DNA of 64,000 nt from Trichinella spiralis (taxonomy: Eukaryota). Below the pieces are notes generated by a model, which was given only the letters and a program-made list of their open reading frames with translations, was not told where the DNA came from and made no database searches. The DNA lies in assembly GCF_000181795.1 (NCBI RefSeq), contig NW_003526943.1, positions 8,349,472 to 8,413,471 on the forward strand, given 5' to 3'. Position numbers and translations under genes: made by a program. Position 1 is the stretch's first letter; every line of letters begins with the position of its first letter. Positions 41,001 through 53,129 of this stretch are shown one piece after another.

Positions 41001-42380
41001 AATGAAAGTTTAAACTGAGGTTCATAATTTAAATATTATTAAATTAATTAATTTTTCAATCAATTGATTATGTCATTTTTATTAACTTAATTAATCATAA
41101 ATTATGTTATTATAGTTACAAAGCAGGTTTCAATTTCGTTAAACTCTTGCTAGATATGTAATGTGAAAGATGTTTTTTTCCTAGAATCTACTAGCTATAA
41201 CTTTACTGGTTAAGAGTTACAAGTGCTTTCTGTTAATCCTCGCTCAGTGTTATTCATATAATTTTTTATCATTGCCGTGATCATTAATACAACATACAAC
41301 ATTAATTGTATTTAAATATTATTCTGCATTCATCTTACTCAGTATTATTAATAAATTACTGTTATTGTTATTATCAAAAGTGTAGTGTTGTAGAGGAACT
41401 GTTCTAGAAAGCATGTCTCATGTATTATTGTTATTGTAGCACAGACAAAGGCGCACATTATAGGAACAAGCAAAACAATTAATATACGAATTGTAGAAAA
41501 TGAGAATCTAATAACTAGACATAAATTAAATAAGAATGCAACAAAGTTCTTTTTAATTATTGAACGGTTAATATTAAAAACGGATAAATTGTATAAAAAG
41601 ATTATATGAGCAGACAATAAAGCACATAGATAGATATGTAACAAATTACTAAAGTTGCAAACATTTCATGTTTATGGTAAATTACTTGACATAATTTCAT
41701 CAATCATATTTGAAAAGTATAATGAAGAAAACATATGATTAATTTGAAATTGATAAATCAACTTGACTAACATGTAATAATTGAACAATATACTAAATTC
41801 ATTCGAACAGCTGAATTATGGGAATGTTCCAAAATATGTTGTGTTCTGTTACACATTAGTTGTAAGATATTTGAATTATTTGTGTGTTAAGTGAATGATC
41901 AATTCAATCAAAGTGTTTCAGTATTTGCCAGTATTAGGTACATGAAACCAAAAGCGCCATTCACATTTTATAAACAGAATTGAAGAAAATTATTATATAA
42001 ATAAATTGAATTTTTTGAAAGTCAACTTTCATGCTTGAGTATCCTTACTAAATAAAAATAAATTATCATTTTATTAGAACTTATTTAACTATCGGCATTA
42101 ATTTAATTTTAAATAATTTTCATATTTCAACCAATTCCTATCGCTATTGGCAAAAGTATTTATATACTAATTTTGTTTTAAATTTTTTAAAAGAAAAAAG
42201 AAACAACTTTTAACTGATTACATTAAATTATCTAGCAATTATGTAAAAATGCTTTCAGTGTAACGTTACTTGACTTTTTTGTAATAAACTAAAATACTTA
42301 TGCATGAACTTTTTGCATGACAACCTTTATTCTTTGCTGCTATTTTAAGAGTAATAAAGTTAAAATAATGATAACTAAAT

Positions 42381-42419
42381 TTCCAAGGAAACAAAATTAT
42401 GCATTCTGTTTCCTTGGAA
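42381..42419. repeat. Perfect 13-bp inverted repeat (hairpin) about 200 nt 3' of the kinase stop
   Basis: ttccaaggaaaca-(13 nt)-tgtttccttggaa. Confidence 0.85.
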
Positions 42420-42615
42420 CCTTTCTGATACTGTATCATCAACAATGCTCAGGTTACATTTGTTGGACAAATTAAAAGTAAAAGATTTTGTTTTCTTTCC
42501 AAGCAGAAAATAATTGTGCATAATTATTATAAAAATTTTAATAGACGTTAAAATAAACTATTATTTGAAATGTGAGCATATTTAAATTGAAATATTTAAA
42601 AGAATAATGAAAAAT

Positions 42616-43771
42616 CTAATTAGATTGTATCTCATTTTCATATTGCAGTGGTGAATTTATGTCAATGTTTTGATCACTGTAGACATCTTGAATTGCTTTA
42701 ATAATTGCTTCATAATCTGGAGCATCTGAAAATTGCAGCTTGTTAAGATGTTCATGGATTAAAGAAAATTGCTTTGGACAGCCAATTAAAAGTTTATCGC
42801 CGTTTTCAACGTAAAACTGACGATCTTCTGCCATATCTTTCAACCTTTCTCTTGTGGTTGCTCCCTGAAAGAAAATTACAACATTTTGAAAATTTGAAAT
42901 AAGTAAATAAATAAAGAAAGAAAAATACTCTATAAATAGTTTTAGCCCAAGGCAATTTTTCAACGGTAAATTCGATAATCATAAAAAACCAAGCCCAGAC
43001 ATCGTCTCGTCGTCCTTGTTCACCTCCTTGGAGTGCAACTGGAGATGCATAAAAAGGAGTGCCTCGAAATCCGGTAGTTTCTCTTGCCCGACGATGACGG
43101 CCGTCATCTTTCAAATATTTACGAGCCATACCAAAGTCGAGAATATATATTTGCTTGCAGTTTGGTGGAAGACCGATGGCAAAATTAGCCGGCTTAATAT
43201 CGCGATGTAAAAATCTTAAATAATATTTAAAAATTTTGTTTAATAAAATATGGATAAAGATATAGAATGGTACAACTGACCCGGCTCTGTGAAGGTCGGA
43301 AATACCTTCCAATGTCCCATTGGCAAGGTGTAAAGCTGTGCGGAGTGTAAATTTTTTTTTCACTTCCATTTGCAGCTTCATTAAACTCTTGCCGACCAGA
43401 CTCATCGCTACCCAGTTGTATCTGTCACCTTTCCTACCACGGTCGAAGACAGCACAACAGTGTGTTGAATTTATTTCGGATAATTTTTGGAGAACTTCGA
43501 CTTCGAGTCGAAGTGTTCGTACTTCTTGATTTGCATCCTCAAGCTTTTGGAAAAAAACAAATTACTTGCTAATCAAAAACAAATTATTATGCTTATCAAA
43601 ATTTTCTTTGCTTACTTTCAATGCTACTTCTTGCCCAGTTTCCGTATTTACAGCTACAACTATTGCACCAAAACAACCCTTACCCAAGTAACTCTTCACG
43701 TGCCATGGGGTTCCATTAATTCCCACCAGCACTTCATTAATTTCTACAATATTCGGTATAGTATTTTGCAT
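42616..43771 (-). CDS. Tau-tubulin kinase / casein kinase 1 superfamily Ser/Thr kinase (kinase domain only), multi-exon
   Basis: LGKGCFG glycine loop, VALK, MSLVGKSL, HRDIKPANFAIG, ILDFGMARKY, FRGTPFYAS, RRDDVWAW, PDYEAI. Confidence 0.9.
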
Positions 43772-44467
43772 GGCGATAAAGTGCACCGTTGAACAAGGCA
43801 CGGCACTTGTTGTGAATACAATTTACAAAGCAACTGTTACTATCTATTTTAAACGCTTTAAACTGCATTAAACTGTTTTTTAATTTTAAACAATTGCGCA
43901 ATCTAGTTTTCAAACATTAAACTTTAATGTACTGATTTTATATAATGTTTACATTTCTTAATTTTATATTTATTAGTTATTTTTGATAATCATAAAGTAG
44001 GGACAATTTTCATAGATGCATATGAAAAATTATTTATTTCATCGACGCATACAAATGCATTTTGCACTGTTTTATGCAGCATGGTTTACATAATGAAATT
44101 CAATTTGTTCATTTTCAGCTTTATATAGCAAATTGAATATAGCATATAAATTAATACACTTTTTAGCGTAAAAAGTGATGAAAAGTGCGGATTTAAGAAA
44201 TATTAAATCTTAATGCATTTAATGTCGTAAATTTTTATACATTTTTAAGATTTTTTGAAATCTTTTTTACTTTTCTTTGCAAATATTTTACGTGAAATTA
44301 AAATTTTTAATATGTTCATAATTTTATTTATAAATAAAAGTTAAACTTATTAATTTGTGATTTGTTTTGTTGTTGTTGTGTAAATTAAAATTCAATGCGC
44401 AGCATCATTACAGAGTAAATTGATAATTTTTAAAATAAATGAATGCTTCAAATAATGATGATACGGT

Positions 44468-45207
44468 TCAAACTGTTTTCCAGTAGTGGGACCAAGGTCC
44501 GTCGTACCATGGAAAATAGCGACCACCACCACGTTTCCAGTCTGCATCATTGGCAAAGTGCCAATTTACATAACGACCACCGCCCCTTTTTTGTTCATTC
44601 TTCATTTCCACGCTGTCCTGGTCGTCATCAATATCAATCCAAACTAGTGAACTGTTCGGCTGACGTTTCACCAGACGATTCTTCTTCCAATAGAAACGCC
44701 ACGGCTGGGGCGGTAGAGCACGAAAACGAGCTCCGGGACGTTTCACAGGCGTCGGCACGTAAACATCCGGCTGGGCTATTGCTGCTCGGATCAACGGCTG
44801 CAAATCCAACGACACCACCGGAGAACTGCGTCCACCGAGACGTTTTTGGGTAGCTGCTTTAGAGAAAAGCGTGTGAATGAAAAAATCTGACGGAGCTGCA
44901 TCGATCTCGTCTGCCGTTGCAGAAAAGTATGGAAACAGAGCAACTAAACATCATTTCACAATTATACGAATATTGAAAAAGAAATCTGAAAAAAATCAAT
45001 GCAAATTTTATAATTAATTAGATATTAACAAGTGCAAGTACTTAAGATTATAAAAAAAGCAATCACTTTGTAAAAAAACAACAAAATGAAGTTGAAATAA
45101 TTAAGTATACTGTAAGAATGCAAAGTTAAAAAGAAGTAAAATTTATTAAAATTTCCTTAATGTATTAGTATTAGTGTCTGTGCGTTTGCAATTTACATTT
45201 CATTCAT
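44468..45207 (-). CDS. Neuropeptide precursor (NLP-like; GGxR-initiated peptides), 3 coding exons
   Basis: Exons 45197-45207, 45042-45109 and 44468-44943 splice in frame with GT-AG to give a hydrophobic leader MNEIILNYFNFILLFFYKVIAFFIILIALFPYFSATA. KR-flanked peptides follow: LGGRSSP..., PGARFRAL..., QPNSSLVW..., GGGRYVNWHFANDADW, GGGRYFPWYDGPWSHYWKTV. Confidence 0.78.
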
Positions 45208-48200
45208 TTCTTTTTTCCTGCAGTGGTTTGATTTTTTGATTTACTTCAAAGTTCTGATTCTCCAATTCCCCAGGAAATTTGGTCGCTTTATCCAAAGAAT
45301 GCAATAAAAATTCCAAAATTACCCCTTGAAATATCGCTTCTCATTTTGAAGTGTTGAAGAGGCTTGCAATTGGCCATGCACAGAAGTTAACAAGCGCCAA
45401 TTTATCAATCACAATATTGAAATGGTCAGAATGAAAACTTAGTCTAACAATATTTTATTTTTCCACTTTCAACATAGATTAATTTGTAATAAAATTTCAA
45501 TATCAGCGTCACAGTATTTTAGATTTTGCAAATTTTATTAAAACATCAAATCATTTTAATATATGCCGCTAATCTTTTGCTGTTGTTTTGCATGTTGCAT
45601 GTACAAAATAAAAAGCTATGCATATAAATGTCAAAACACAAATGATAATGCATGAAGCTGAAAATGTGATATTTATGAATATCACTCGATTCAATAACTA
45701 ATAATAAACAGTAATATGAATTTCAAATTTCAAATTTATGCACGCTTGTTTATGCCTAGTTATTTATGTGAATAGCAAGTAATGAAACGTTTATTAAAAT
45801 TTATTACCGTGAATTATTAAACTGCAATAATAGCTTCATTGCCAACATTATTTTTATAAATACTACTGCAAAAGCAACCGAACAAATAATAGCAATAATA
45901 CCCGAGATGTTTCATTTCTTAATAAAAAAATCATTATTTGTTTATTTGTTTAGTTTAAAATTTAAAATTTGATCAATTTTCTACTGATGCTTTAAATGAT
46001 TTGATTTGTGATTAGCTTAAAGAATGCTAATTGCATTATTGACATGTTATGCTATTTTAACAATAATGTAAATTTCAAAAATCAATTTTCTTTGTTTAAA
46101 ATCAGACGATGGTTGCAACAATTATTCTGTAGAAAAATTCCAAAATTTTAACTTTTGCTGAAATATGCACTGATAATTTAGTGGACTAAAAAAGAAATAA
46201 AAGTATAGTTAAAAATGATCTATGTCCATAATTTGAATAGGTAAAATTTATTATCATATCAATTTCCTAATAAGTTTACTCCTTTTTTAGATGAGCAAAA
46301 TAAAGACATTCTGAAACCATTAATCATAAAACTGAACTGCATCTTAAAAATTACTTAAAGATAAGTTTAAATCTTTCAAAATTCATGAATCAGTAAACTG
46401 AAATTTCATAAAATTAAATAAAATCATTGAAAATTCATAAAATTATAATACTTGTTAAAATTTTAAATCACAGCTGTTTAAGTGAACCATAAATGTTGTT
46501 CGGATTGTTGAGATGCAGTGAAAATTGAAAATCTGCATTGATTTTTTTATTTTCGACGAAAAATATACATCAGCCAGTGATTTATGAGAAAAATAAAAGA
46601 TGTCTTATAGATATAGATGAAATAATTGTTTCATTGATTATTGCAATTCAAAACATCGCTAGAAACTTGCATCCAAATTTTGCTGGCTTCAAGATTTTTA
46701 CTGAATGTGCATCAGTGAAAGCGGAAAAGCAAAAGAAACTGAAAGCAATGGTCCTTTGAGAGATGCAATAATTGCATGCCAGCAGCAACTCAAGCAAGTA
46801 ACAAAACCCTGAAAAGAAGTGAAAAACAGCTTGTCATTAAAATCTGTCTAAAGCATGATGAATTACGCACAATCTTCTTCTTTCCTGGAGCAAAATGATA
46901 ACTACATCTTATTGTTCAAATTCTCATTGTACGCCAATTTTAACTGGACACGTCAATTTAATCGATTCAATTAATTAAGTAATTTATTCAATCCATTTTT
47001 TAAATAGTTATTTTAATGCAAGCTTGATGTATTTATTGATAAAAATTATTTTCAGAAAAGCGTTTTCCATGTTAAGAGACGATCATATTCAAAAAAGTTT
47101 CAGAATCAAGTATGTAAATCTTTGTTACACTCCCTTTGTTAAGATGAATGATATTATCTAATGAAAATTTTAAATCTAGTTTGGGTGAAATTTTTATCAA
47201 TAAAATTTGCATTAATGATGAAAATACAAAGAGATTGATTTGAATTCAGTTCAATTTGGAATTTCATAAATTCACTTTAAGCTGGATAAAAATAGGAGTT
47301 TTTGAATGGGGTAATTTTCGTACAGCAGTAAAATTTATTTATATCTATTGAAAAGCATAACCAAACTGAACAGTATGAAAATTTGATATCCATTTTATGA
47401 ATTTGCAATTTTTGACACACAATACTGAATTGCTATTTTTATATAAAAAATATATAGTGTGCAAAAATGAAAATCAAATGTAAAGAACCATTCCAAAATA
47501 TTGTTTTAATGTTTTTTGTCAAAATGGTAAAAATTGATATTAATAGTTAAAGCAACAATAAATTTTATTTTCACATTCATAAAAAACAAGATAATTTGTT
47601 TATTTATCTATTTATATGTCCTTACTTTTCATTTTAAATTAAACAATTATTTGTAAAAAATTATCATGTTGTTTTTCATATTAGACATTTATTTTTGATT
47701 AAATCAGATTTAAAGATATTTTTGAATGTGTATTTGAAGTATTTATTTAAAATGTAATTTTTTTTACAAAATTTCGCTTCAAAAATTGACAATTGAGCAA
47801 CATCATAGTAAAATTGAATTTTAACATAAATTTGAATAAAGCAATTTCTTTTAATATTATAGAAATAATATTTGAAATTGAAATGCCATTTATAAAATAC
47901 CACAGAACTTTCGTAAATTTTAGGGAATCATAAAAAATTGCAATCATCTAATAATGAATTAATAGAAGTAAAACTGAGGGTCCATGCTCTTTGTCTGAAT
48001 TACAGTTGCAAGCTGTGCGATGGCATGCGACAAGGGATAATTTTTAACGCATTCAATTAGCATCTTTATTGAATATCCCTCTTCTACAAACGAGAAAAGA
48101 CGTTAATGTGATAAACGTAAATTTTGAATTAGGTTCTTAACTTTCACTTCATCATAATTGACTTTGAAATCAGAAAGCAATCGAAAAAGCTGGACTAACT

Positions 48201-51200
48201 GGATAGCGTATAATTTAATATGCTAATAACTGATAGTGTGGGCAATCTTAATTACAAATGTTAAACTATAGAAATTGAATTCCAAATAATTTCACTACAA
48301 TTCATAGTAAATATATAATCAATATTTTGCTTTGCGTGGTTGTTTTTGTGTTATTTTTTTAATAAAATTGCCTTGTTATTGTGTTTTGCAAGTTAAGATT
48401 TTCGATTTAATTTTTCAGAGTTGAAAATATTTTTTTGAAAAACAATTGCGTAATTTATGAAATTTTCCTAGCAAAGAAAGCCTGAATTGACTTACTATTT
48501 ACAATGATGAGCCACGAACAAAGCCCCATGTCTGGTTTCTGCTCTGAAAGTGAATTTGAAATATAAAATAAAATAAAATAACGTAATGTAATATAATAAT
48601 ACAATATAATACATTATAATATATAAAATATAATCTTATAATTTAAATATATACTAATATATTTTGAATTAAAGATAATACAATAATAAAGGAGAACAGA
48701 GACTCTGAATAAAGTGAAAAATGAAGCTGGAATATTTATAACATTTCAACATAAACATAATTTAAATGGTTCTTCACTGAATTTAAAGTTTGTGCATATT
48801 CATACTAAATTGTCTTTTTTAGCACATTTTTTATTCCAATATTCATAGCAATTTTTATGTAATTAATTTCAAACTAACGGGCAGTATCATGATGCTTCAG
48901 TTACATTTATGTTCTTAAAATGAATAATTATTGCTATAATTTATTTATTTTATGAGCATCTGTTAAGTGAATTTATTAATTCAAAAAATTTCACGATTTT
49001 GTAAATATTTTATGTCAGCAGATAATAACTCTTTATAATAACCTTATAAAGGTTGTTTATGTTTTATTAAAGCAATAAACACTAATATAATTTCAATTTG
49101 TCGTTGAATTTTTCTTGAAATGTCTTTGATAAAAATTTTAGCAGTAGTCAATTTCACTCAGCATAATAATTTTATTATTGCAATTAACGTATATTAAAGT
49201 TGATATTGAGTTTGATGAAGGTTTTTTCATGAAGCTAATTTTACTAAATGTATGATATTTGAATACAAAACAAAAATAAGTCATACTGTTAGTATTTCTT
49301 CAAAAATTGACATGCAGCATTCATTAGATACAATAAACATTTCAATAAAATTTTTCACATCGTATACATCTTCTAATTATTGAATAATTTTAATATTATC
49401 TCATAATGATTTAAATAAATACATTGCTATTTCAAAAAAACAGTTTTATATAATTGGGTAATTATTACAAAAGTAATAATGAATGTAATTTTTTACCTCA
49501 GATCTTTATTCCAAAAAATTTTAATAAATTATGGTTGCACAAATGAAGCCGTTGCTTGTAGGCGAGTGAAATTTGGAAGTGCTTTTACAAATGTCTCAGA
49601 CAGAGAGGCTTTTGGCCTTGCAAAGGGCACGTAATGAACATTCTTCGATGCGGAGAATGACGTCTTTCAGAATGAGCCAGAGGATGATTGCCAGAGATTT
49701 AATCGACTTCTAACCCGCAAACTTAACTTTCATTTCTCATTCGTTCATTTTGCTCTGAGCAACTAGTTGTTGGATTATTGAACGCGTTTTTGATCATCAC
49801 TTAACAACCCATTCTTGCGGTTCTGCTTAACAATAAGCCAAGTATGTCATCAAATAGCTAATGCTAATGATAATGAGTATTTTGCAAGATTTCTTCCAAT
49901 CTGATTGTAATTATGATTCTTTCAAAAGGACAACAAAAAAACTTGTATGCTAAATGCATTTTAATAAATCCCGCTTTAAAATGACTGCATATAATTAATA
50001 GCAAATAATTTCTTTTAGCAAATGTCTTTTTAATAAATGAAAAGAAAAGAAGCAACAAAGTTTATTACTTATTCAACAAAACGGAAATTTACTTTTGTGA
50101 TGGAACAATAGAAAAAGTAAAAATTAGTTAATAATTATTTAACGAAGTAAAAGACTTTTAGAAAAAAGCATTCATAAAATAAGTTAAAATTACATTCTAT
50201 CTGATTAATTATATTTATTCATTTATTTTCCATCAAAATGAGCGCCATAATATTTCATATATTTCCTTTTTTTGTCAATATAATTAGAAATTTTGGAACT
50301 ATATAAAATTATGTTTATTTAAGTATAACAATAATTTATTTACAGTTAGTATTTATCATGAGAAGTATCACCAATTTTTTAACATTTACATATTATAATA
50401 AAACGATTTTCTTGAAATTATTGACCCTCCAATCATCTTGACTTATTTTAATAAAACTGAAAAAATATCGCCGTAAAGATTGCAATTTATAAATATCAGT
50501 TACATATTATAAGTATATTATATTTTTATGCATGATGCATTAAAAACATTTTAAATTTCCTTCAGTTTCACCTTAGTTTAAACTTATTTGAAAAGCAGTT
50601 AATACAGTTTATAACCATATTTTATTCATAGTCAGTTTAATTTATGAAAATTAATTTTAAAAATGCGTAAATTAACTACTTTCAAAGAGAACAGACAAAA
50701 AAGCAACACACATAATAAACAACTGCATAAAATTTTAAACATTATGGCATTAAGCTTTAAAAAATATTAGAAAATTTATCAACAAAAATACACGAACAAT
50801 GTTTTCTGAGTTTCAATAAAATGCACAAATTTAAAAAAAGAAATAGCAACGTGTTATTTTTTCCAAAATATTACAGCTATTGAAAACACTGAAGGAAACA
50901 ATTTCGAAAGTCAAAATTGCTCAAATAAATGTAAACAACTTGAAATATTGATTTCTCCTTTTAACTGTCGCAATCACAGCTATAAATTTATCTTTTCTGC
51001 ACTTCTCATTGTCATATTTAATTTCAAAAAAGTAATAACTTTTCTCCCATTTAATCAATGTAAAATGATTCCAGTGTTTCAATGAAAAATTGTTAAGCAA
51101 AAAATACTTGAAAATATTTTATAAAATAATTATTCAAAATGCATTAAAAATGTAAAAGATTGGCAACTGATTTCAGATATAAAATTATACAACTGTTAGT

Positions 51201-51462
51201 GTGATGGATGCGTAAGTGGCAATTGTTCATCTTTGTTTTTACGATGAGTTGCGAACAGTAGATTAGCCAATACTTTATTGGTTGGCTATCTATGCAAAGA
51301 ATTTTATACGTAAGAAACCATTGTTATGTTCAGTCCACTACTACTATTGAAGTGATGCACTTTGCAAATTGGCTTTATTTATGTAAAACTTGTTCAAATG
51401 ACGTAAAATTCTTGCCTTACTATATTTTTAAAAAGGTCAATCAAATTTGCCTCTCTTGTAAG

Positions 51463-51768
51463 TGCAACATCCGGGGCTACTGTAAACTTCTGTCGGTCAT
51501 TCATGCGAGGCATATTTCAGGTGTTTAACGTTTATTCACAGATACAAACAGTAACAATAGGCACACACAAGCTAACCACAGACGCACTCAATCTAACGCA
51601 CTCTAAGCACCATAATCAAGCTATATATACATATATATATAATGAAAATGTTTGTGCCGCTGGATAGACACCGTCTCCTTTTTTAAAACGGCCAACGTAA
51701 TTATCATTCTTGAATTGGCGCCTACATTATTTCTTCATTTCGATCTTGTACGCCTTAGATCGCCTACA
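51463..51768. repeat. Left LTR-like unit
   Basis: TG...CA ends; 51561-51748 aligns with 52567-52754 (e.g. gaaaatgtttgtgccgctggata, caacgtaattatcattcttga, ttggcgcctac). Confidence 0.7.
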
Positions 51769-51787
51769 TCTTTTGTAATACATAACA

Positions 51788-52326
51788 GACACACTGACGG
51801 GTTTCAGTAAAAAGCATCGCCAACTGTTTCGACGAATTGTCATTGATACGGTACTGGTTACGGACATGTCGAAGCACATGAGTCTATTAGCCGATTTGAA
51901 AACTATGGTTGAAACGAAAAAAGTATCCGGTCCAGGTATGCCCTTGCTGGAAAAGTACAGCGATCGGATACAGGTACTTCAGAATATGATCCACATTGCT
52001 GATTTATCCAATCCGGCAAAACCGATCAACTCTACCAACAGTGGATTGATCGTCTCCTTGAAAAATACTGGAAGCATAGTGATCGGGAACGTGAGCTCGG
52101 TTTGGAAATCAGTCCAATGTGCGATAGGCGCAACGTTTCACGGGAAAAATCTCAGGTGGGATTTATTGATTACATTGTGCATCCGCTGATGGAGACGTGG
52201 GCCGATTCGGTCTATCTCGAAGGGCAGTCAGTGCTAGATCAGTTGGAAGAGAATCGTGATTGGCTTTTCAAAAAACTCTCTGCAACTAAACGCGAAGCAC
52301 TTCCGCCTGCCGAAGACCAAGAATGA
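51788..52326 (+). pseudogene. pde-4: Intronless, 5'-truncated, frameshifted fragment of the cAMP phosphodiesterase PDE4/dunce catalytic domain
   Basis: [41 protein letters not shown]...[21 protein letters not shown], a 1-nt frameshift near 52029, then LYQQWIDR...[10 protein letters not shown]...[21 protein letters not shown]...[10 protein letters not shown]. The upstream metal-binding H/HD motifs are absent. Confidence 0.9.
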
Positions 52327-52485
52327 GTGCCCATCGTCTCACATCTTTTACATGGTATCTTTGTTTTGTTCTGTCGTTTGCCGACAACGATGCTACACAA
52401 CAAACTGCAGTACGAAATTGAAAAGCAGCGAAATGTAGCAATAGCAGTAGCCTTGCGTATCTGGCTTAGTTTTTTCATTTCGCCA

Positions 52486-52792
52486 TGTCACCTTCTTCTC
52501 AGCAGATCCTCCTCGTCAACGGGATTAAGAGGTGACTGTATTGGAAATGCTTATACGCGAACGCCAGACACACAAACTGACCACACACTTTCACTCACAC
52601 TTGCTGCTCTAACGAACTCTAAGCGCCACAATCACGCTATATATATAGGAAAATGTTTGTGCCGCTGGATAAACGCTGTTCCCCTTTTTTAATCGGTCAA
52701 CGTAATTATCATTCTTGATTTGGCGCCTACGTTACTTTCTTCCTTTTGATCTTGACTTTCTTTTAATTGGTAGCGCAACCGTAACCGTTACA
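52486..52792. repeat. Right LTR-like unit
   Basis: TGTCAC...GTTACA ends (imperfect inverted termini); core homologous to the left unit. Confidence 0.75.
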
Positions 52793-53129
52793 TAAGTAAT
52801 AAAAAACTGTTTAATAAAAAATGCTTCTGTGCTTCACGAGTGAAACTCATGTTTTGAATTTAAATCTTTGCTGATACTTTTAAAGAGTTAATTAAAAGTG
52901 AGGTGTAGTTTTATAAAGGCCTTTCTATTGATTTATTTTATATTTTCTACAAAAAATTTTAATTAAAAGTAATTTAATTAAAATTAAATGATGTAAAAAG
53001 TTAGTAGGTTTTTTTAAAGTTTGAAATATTATTTATAACATCAAGCTGGTTGAACTGAGGATGATCATGATGGATTACAGTATTTTAAACTTGATTTTCT
53101 TTTTATTGGAAAAAAGATGAAAATGATAT

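Larger units (their letters stand above)
51463..52792 (-). mobile_element. Non-autonomous LTR-type element (1330 bp) carrying a PDE4 fragment
   Basis: Termini TGCAAC...GTTACA, flanked on both sides by TAAG (51459-51462, 52793-52796). Two ~306-bp TG..CA units share a ~190-bp homologous core. A PBS-like TGGCG lies immediately inside the right unit on the minus strand. No gag/pol. Confidence 0.72.
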
